Position numbers and translations under genes: made by a program | Shown: in pieces, positions 59,333-64,000 of the stretch | Position numbering within the stretch: the stretch's first letter is position 1 | Layout of the letters: every line of letters begins with the position of its first letter | Notes under the pieces: generated by a model | Database searches by the model: none | What the model was told of the DNA's origin: nothing | What the model saw: only the letters and a program-made list of their open reading frames with translations | From: Flavobacteriales bacterium | GTDB taxonomy: Bacteria > Bacteroidota > Bacteroidia > Palsa-965 | Assembly: GCA_040377305.1 (NCBI GenBank) | Contig: JBEIPA010000012.1 | Span: 100,339-164,338 of the forward strand | DNA: 64,000 bases | Reading direction: 5' to 3'

Positions 59333-60312
59333 TGTTTCAGTTTTTCCGCAATCGCTTTATTCAGATCAATAAACTCTACTTCCTGAGAATTCAGATGTTT
59401 CACCGCATCCTTTTGATCAAACGTCACAGGGCATCTGTTTTCAGAACATACTTGTGCTATGCGCAGATCTAAGGAATAAACTAAAGGAGCCATAAGGTCC
59501 GTTTCAATTTTATCCCGTTCAAATTCCGCAAGTTCCTCGAACGCCAATATATTATCTTCAAGCGCCGCAATTTCCTGGTTACGTATTCTTAAAATGCGTT
59601 CACTCGAAGCGGGGCCTAGGGAATCCAGTTCCTTCTTTTTAGTGTCTAACTGCGATTTCATTCTCCTTATAGCCCGCGCTGAAAGTGTATCGTATGAATT
59701 AAGACTATCGTTGACCACTTTATAACCTTGAACCATTTTAAGCAAGGAGTCATAGTTGCAAATTCCCACTCTTTTTTTTCCAACTGATTTAGACGGACTC
59801 TTCATTTCCCCTAGTACGTCTTTGTTTATATCGACGTAAGAGAACTTTTTATCAAGTCTTGCTCCTTTTAAGATATCAAATTCGATATAGCCATTGCAAC
59901 GGTTTTTTTCACAAGCTACGAGAACTGCCCGGTGCCACTTCTGCTGAATGGGAGTAAATTTCATTGTTTGAAGCTCCAGTGCCGAGTCGGTTGCTAATTT
60001 TATAAATGCATCATATTGTGACTGTATTGTATCCAATTCGACCTTCAATTCCATTAAAAGTCGTGCATCTGCATGTAGAGCTTTTGCAGAGTCAAGTTTT
60101 TGTTGCTTTTTAGTGTAATCCATCTGAATAGCCATTGCTCTATTTTGCGCCTGAATCTGGTAATCGGTCATCACCGTTATAAGATTCTTGTATTCTGGCA
60201 AAAGATTTAATATAGAATCAGTATTTACAACTGCAATTCGGATTTTCTGCGCGAATACTTCAACAGAAGCGAACAACAATAGAAAAAGTAGAATGTTACG
60301 TGTATGAATCAT
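59329..60312 (-). CDS. OmpH/Skp-like periplasmic chaperone family protein, a tandem two-domain form.
   Basis: Signal peptide. Two Skp-like segments, KIRIAVVNTDSILNLLPEYK and RVGICNYDSLLKMVQGYK. The C-terminus EVEFIDLNKAIAEKL is shared with the next gene. Confidence 0.5.
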   Translation of the reverse strand: MIHTRNILLFLLLFASVEVFAQKIRIAVVNTDSILNLLPEYKNLITVMTDYQIQAQNRAMAIQMDYTKKQQKLDSAKALHADARLLMELKVELDTIQSQYDAFIKLATDSALELQTMKFTPIQQKWHRAVLVACEKNRCNGYIEFDILKGARLDKKFSYVDINKDVLGEMKSPSKSVGKKRVGICNYDSLLKMVQGYKVVNDSLNSYDTLSARAIRRMKSQLDTKKKELDSLGPASSERILRIRNQEIAALEDNILAFEELAEFERDKIETDLMAPLVYSLDLRIAQVCSENRCPVTFDQKDAVKHLNSQEVEFIDLNKAIAEKLKQ

Positions 60313-61271
60313 AGTCGGGATATTTTTTTGCTAATCGCCACATTCAAATCAATAAACTCCGCTTCCTCTGGTTTCCACAACGCGTGTGCATCTGCATATT
60401 CATACGAACGGTAGCAACCTGCACTCAGGTGAACTTCTTTCAGCGCCTTGTAGAATTTCATTTTGTAGGTTGAGACACGCGCCGAATCTTTTATGTCGAG
60501 CGCATACAAAGTATTTCCGCGATAGGTATCGTACTCGTCCTGCAGTTTCGCAATTTCTTCTTCGCGTTTGGTGATTTGTTTCTTCGAAAGAGTAGGGCGG
60601 AGGGAATCGAGTTCATGCTGCTTTTCTGCGATCGGTTCGTACTTGCCGGAAAGAGTCAACGCAAAATGTGAACGTTCAGTTTTGATTGAATCGGCATAGA
60701 CCAAATATCCCGGCATGGTGCGCAACAGGGAATCCATATTGTAAATACCAATCTTCGCGAGTTTTGGTTTTACACCCATCGCACGCGCAATGTCGTTCGT
60801 GATGTCGATCATCAACATCTGATCGGTCGGACAAATCATTTCTGAGTTGTCGGCTGACTCACGCGTTTGTTTGACGCCGCGCGCTTTTCCGATGCTGTCT
60901 GCAACAAGATCTACTTTCTTGTATGTAGGCTGAAGAAGCTGATACTGCTTTACAATGTTTTGCTCTTCTGCAAGTGAATCTTTATTCAGAGCAGCAACTT
61001 CTTTTTTCGCGGCTTCACTATTCGTGGTGAGCAGGCGATCCATAGCAGGAACCTGTTGTTCGCGAATCGCATGCAACTTCTCATGACTTTTCGCGATCGA
61101 TTCGTATTTCGGCTTTGCTTCCGGGAATTGAATGGCAATGGAATCGCGGGTGTAGAAGGCGATGCGGCATTGGTCATCGGAAATAGCATGCGGAGGAGGT
61201 GTAGTCCCTTGCGAAAAAATCGTACTTGACGAGAGGCAAAAAAATAGCATCAATAGATAGTCTAGCCTCAC
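60309..61271 (-). CDS. OmpH/Skp-like periplasmic chaperone family protein, a tandem paralog of the previous gene.
   Basis: Same two-segment organisation, with IAFYTRDSIAIQFPEAK and KIGIYNMDSLLRTMPGY. The C-terminus is EAEFIDLNVAISKKI. The start is either GTG at 61271 or ATG at 61250. Confidence 0.5.
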   Translation of the reverse strand: MRLDYLLMLFFCLSSSTIFSQGTTPPPHAISDDQCRIAFYTRDSIAIQFPEAKPKYESIAKSHEKLHAIREQQVPAMDRLLTTNSEAAKKEVAALNKDSLAEEQNIVKQYQLLQPTYKKVDLVADSIGKARGVKQTRESADNSEMICPTDQMLMIDITNDIARAMGVKPKLAKIGIYNMDSLLRTMPGYLVYADSIKTERSHFALTLSGKYEPIAEKQHELDSLRPTLSKKQITKREEEIAKLQDEYDTYRGNTLYALDIKDSARVSTYKMKFYKALKEVHLSAGCYRSYEYADAHALWKPEEAEFIDLNVAISKKISRL

Positions 61272-61570
61272 CGTATCTTGTATTTATTCTTGCGTGGATT
61301 TTGCCGTGTATCCCAAATCATTAGACGCTGCACGTAGTTGCCAGAAACGTGATAATAAAGAAGGTTGTGCGGCGTGATTAACGCTTCATGTACGTTTCGA
61401 AACTTGGTTTTCCGAAACATGCGTGGATGCTCAATAAGATGGTGAATTGTTCTTTCTGTTGCGCGAACGAAAATGCCCACCTCTCTTTCGGACCACTTTT
61501 CCAGTAGATAGCTTATCACCATGTTGTAGTCTCTGATCGCACGATCGGACCAAACTACTTCTTCAACCAC
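61268..61570 (-). CDS. Type II toxin-antitoxin system RelE/ParE family toxin
   Basis: 100 aa. VVWSDRAIRDYNMVISYLLEKWSEREV...HHLIEHPRMFRKT is a ParE/RelE-like pattern. Its GTG start overlaps the antitoxin gene by 16 nt. Confidence 0.65.
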   Translation of the reverse strand: MVEEVVWSDRAIRDYNMVISYLLEKWSEREVGIFVRATERTIHHLIEHPRMFRKTKFRNVHEALITPHNLLYYHVSGNYVQRLMIWDTRQNPRKNKYKIR

Positions 61571-61788
61571 TTTTTATACTTTTTCATTACCTCCGAATGA
61601 GGGGTAACGCGTCCTGCTTTTACATCTCTTAATCCTTCTTCAATACCTCTCTTCACAAAGTCTGGAGTTTCCTCTTCCCAGCTATCTGCACCGGTGTCGA
61701 AAATAGATTGGATATAATTGATGATGTTTTTGTCCTCGGTTTCTAGAATCCGCTTCGCCAACATTTCCTTCTGTTCTGACTTTTTCAT
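61555..61788 (-). CDS. Putative antitoxin / addiction module component
   Basis: 77 aa. It lies directly upstream of the toxin and overlaps it. The C-terminal VKAGRVTPHSEVMKKY motif is typical of Bacteroidota addiction-module antitoxins. Confidence 0.5.
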   Translation of the reverse strand: MKKSEQKEMLAKRILETEDKNIINYIQSIFDTGADSWEEETPDFVKRGIEEGLRDVKAGRVTPHSEVMKKYKKWLKK

Positions 61789-61836
61789 GTACTAAAAATA
61801 ATCAATTTCATTAAAAAACACCAGTGCTATGCACCT

Positions 61837-62361
61837 TCACTTCAATTCCATTTCATCCAACACTAATCCCGTAACATCCCTTGACAACATAGCTTCTTTC
61901 GAAGCCCGTAAAATAGCAACCGCTTCTTTCTTCTCATAAATTTTCGGATAGCCTTGCTGCTTAGCAACCATTTCAGCACTTTCCTGAATCACCGCTATTT
62001 CCTCCGCCCGGAAGGTAGAGTCAATTATATGATATTCGTCGTCGCTAACTTGTTTGTATTCGAGGTAAGCACTATCGATTTGTGCTCGTTGCTTTTGACG
62101 TAAGGATTTGACAAGTGGAGTATCCTTGGTAGTGTCAATAGGATTACCACACGCTGTTGTGGTCCCCATATTTTTTATATTCTGTAGTTGCCTTTCTACT
62201 CCTTTTCTGTACATCGCCAAACTATCCTGATGTTCCTTATGCAAAGGCATAAACGGCAATATCGAATCCGCGACGTAATATGCAATCTGATTTTGACTCT
62301 GCTGTGCTGTTAGAGCGAGCGTAAAACAACATGTAATCAACGTGGCGATCAAAAATCTCAT
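61837..62361 (-). CDS. OmpH/Skp-like periplasmic protein (single domain).
   Basis: Signal peptide followed by an IAYYVADSIL segment and coiled-coil character. 174 aa. Confidence 0.45.
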   Translation of the reverse strand: MRFLIATLITCCFTLALTAQQSQNQIAYYVADSILPFMPLHKEHQDSLAMYRKGVERQLQNIKNMGTTTACGNPIDTTKDTPLVKSLRQKQRAQIDSAYLEYKQVSDDEYHIIDSTFRAEEIAVIQESAEMVAKQQGYPKIYEKKEAVAILRASKEAMLSRDVTGLVLDEMELK

Positions 62362-62473
62362 TCAGTCATATTTATACCTCTAAAAATAAGCAAATTACGT
62401 ACCGTATTTGCTCCCGTCTCCCATCTCCGAACTCCCGTCTTTTTTCCGATATTTGACCACCTAAAACGGACTT

Positions 62474-63292
62474 ATGTCAAACAATCTTCTCAAAGGAAAA
62501 CGCGGAATCATTTCCGGAGCACTCGATGCGAATTCAATTGCCTGGAAAGTGGCTGAAAAATGTCATGCTGAAGGCGCGCAAATCACACTAACGAATGCAC
62601 CTATCGCTATGCGTATGGGTGAAATCAATAAGCTCGCAGAAGCTACGAGCGCAAAAATATTTCCTGCAGACGCAACGAACATGGACGAGCTCAAAGCTTT
62701 GTTCGAAGGTTCAATGGATCACATGGGCGGAAAAATTGATTTCGTTCTGCACTCAATCGGTATGTCGGCGAACATTCGCAAGAATATTCCTTACACAGCG
62801 CTCAACAACGATTTCTACATGAAGTCAATTGACGTGAGCGCAATGTCGTTTCACAAGATGATGAACGTGGCGTACAACATGGATGCAATGAACGACTGGG
62901 GTTCTATCGTGGCCCTTACATACATCGCGGCGCAACGTACGTATCCATTCTATACCGACATGGCAGATGCAAAAGCAATGCTCGAGTCAATTGCACGTGG
63001 ATTCGGATATCACTACGGTAAGAAAAACAAAGTGCGAGTGAATACGATTTCACAGTCGCCAACGAAAACAACAGCGGGCAGCGGCATCAAAGGTTTCGGA
63101 GATTTCTTCGATTACGCGCAAGAAATTTCTCCACTCGGAAATGCAAGCGCAGAAGCATGTGCTGATTACTGTGTGATGATGTTCTCAGACATGACTCGCA
63201 TGGTAACAATGCAGAATCTGTATCACGATGGTGGATATTCTAATACCGGGGTGAGCAGCGAGATTTTGCAGAAGCTCGGTATTCAGGCCTGA
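62474..63292 (+). CDS. fabI: Enoyl-[acyl-carrier-protein] reductase (NADH), FabI
   Basis: LLKGKRGIISGALDANSIAW. The catalytic Tyr/Lys region is present. 272 aa. Confidence 0.85.
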   Translation: MSNNLLKGKRGIISGALDANSIAWKVAEKCHAEGAQITLTNAPIAMRMGEINKLAEATSAKIFPADATNMDELKALFEGSMDHMGGKIDFVLHSIGMSANIRKNIPYTALNNDFYMKSIDVSAMSFHKMMNVAYNMDAMNDWGSIVALTYIAAQRTYPFYTDMADAKAMLESIARGFGYHYGKKNKVRVNTISQSPTKTTAGSGIKGFGDFFDYAQEISPLGNASAEACADYCVMMFSDMTRMVTMQNLYHDGGYSNTGVSSEILQKLGIQA

Positions 63293-63320
63293 TTCGCGAT
63301 TTGAAAATTTGAAAGATTTG

Positions 63321-63366
63321 AAAATTCGAGGTTCATTAATTGGGCTTCGAATTTTCTTTTGTACCG
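63321..63366 (+). terminator. Rho-independent terminator of fabI
   Basis: gaaaattcga-(17-nt loop)-tcgaattttc followed by ttttg. Confidence 0.55.
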
Positions 63367-63400
63367 TACGCTTTATTCGAATTTTCAAATTTTCGAATGT

Positions 63401-64000
63401 CTACTGCGATTTGAGTAGCAACACATCCTTACTCATCTCGCCCTGCGGACCAATGTCAAACACTGTCAACGACTCAATCTTCGTTGCACAACCAGGCGCG
63501 TCTATCGTCATCACATATTTTCCGGGAGGAAGCGCAAGCGTGTAGCGTCCTGATTTTCCATTCGGACGATACGAACCATATTCTTCCTGCGTTTCAGTTT
63601 TCGTAACGGAAATCATGATGTCTGCATACGCAACAGAAGGATCGGGAACCGTGATTTGTCCGGTGATCAAAGTGAAATAGTTTGCCTGCACTTCATTGAA
63701 CACAACACGCCAGATGTCGAGATCACCAACGCCACCTTCACGCACTGTTGAAATGTATGCAACGCGATTCGCTTCCGTATAACAGATCGACATGTTGTTC
63801 TCCGTGTTGTTGATTGGGAAGCCAATATTTTTCGGTGTGCTGAATGTGTTGTTCTCCGAATCCCAGATAGTGTAGAACAAATCGTAACCACCCATGCTGT
63901 TGTGACCTTCCGAAGAGAAGTACAAAGTTTTTCCATCGGGAGCCATGTACGGAAAGTCTTCTCCCCACTGTGTGTTCAGAACTGCTCCGAGATTTTGTGC
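63401..64000 (-). CDS. WD40-like beta-propeller (PD40/TolB-like) repeat protein, C-terminal part only. Its 5' end lies beyond the window.
   Basis: PYMAPDGKTLYFSSEGHNSMGGYDLFY is a PD40 repeat. The reading frame stays open upstream to the window end. Confidence 0.6.
   Translation of the reverse strand, partial: AQNLGAVLNTQWGEDFPYMAPDGKTLYFSSEGHNSMGGYDLFYTIWDSENNTFSTPKNIGFPINNTENNMSICYTEANRVAYISTVREGGVGDLDIWRVVFNEVQANYFTLITGQITVPDPSVAYADIMISVTKTETQEEYGSYRPNGKSGRYTLALPPGKYVMTIDAPGCATKIESLTVFDIGPQGEMSKDVLLLKSQ

Noticed and set aside
1-64000. tRNA, rRNA and tmRNA genes.
   Set aside because: Scanning for T-loop-like GGTTCGAATCC or GTTCRANTC contexts, and for long non-coding GC-rich stretches, found nothing convincing. 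Every gap larger than 300 bp is explained by promoters or repeat elements.

Overview
This window is most likely a Bacteroidota chromosome, possibly Sphingobacteriia, Chitinophagia or Cytophagia, at moderate GC. The evidence is a T9SS-type C-terminal sorting tail on an S8 peptidase, an IgGFc-binding-like N-terminal domain on a giant repeat adhesin, OmpH/Skp paralogs, a TPR-SpoIIE phosphatase and a TamB gene divergent from tsaD. About 58 CDS are supportable, including a 5'-truncated one at the right window edge. I found no rRNA, tRNA or CRISPR array. The supplied ORF track clearly uses GTG and TTG as starts, so several starts were moved to internal ATGs that give sensible N-termini or signal peptides. 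Housekeeping genes present are mnmA, asnB, ridA, tsaD, tamB, rhlE, two short ssb paralogs, a suhB-like IMPase, lgt, mtaB, sucD, recN and fabI. Accessory content is interleaved with these. The most system-like candidate is a translationally coupled ABC-type ATPase plus a DUF4435/TOPRIM-like gene at 27.6-29.5 kb, which looks like a PARIS (AriA/AriB) or split-OLD antiphage pair. It is followed by a SAM methyltransferase, a MITE-like palindromic element and a flotillin gene. The second striking feature is an unusual number of unrelated palindromic intergenic element families. Two of them tightly bracket single small genes: a GxxExxY/PD-(D/E)xK-like gene and a small lipoprotein gene. Others overlap stop codons of convergent genes. 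Other notable content: an RelE/ParE toxin-antitoxin pair inside an OmpH-like paralog cluster, an HK / RR / hybrid RR-HK phosphorelay operon, an MbnP-like protein next to a di-heme peroxidase, and a three-gene ABC/FtsX-like operon of unknown substrate. Coordinates for repeats were counted by eye from the sequence lines and may be off by a few nt. CDS coordinates follow the ORF track.
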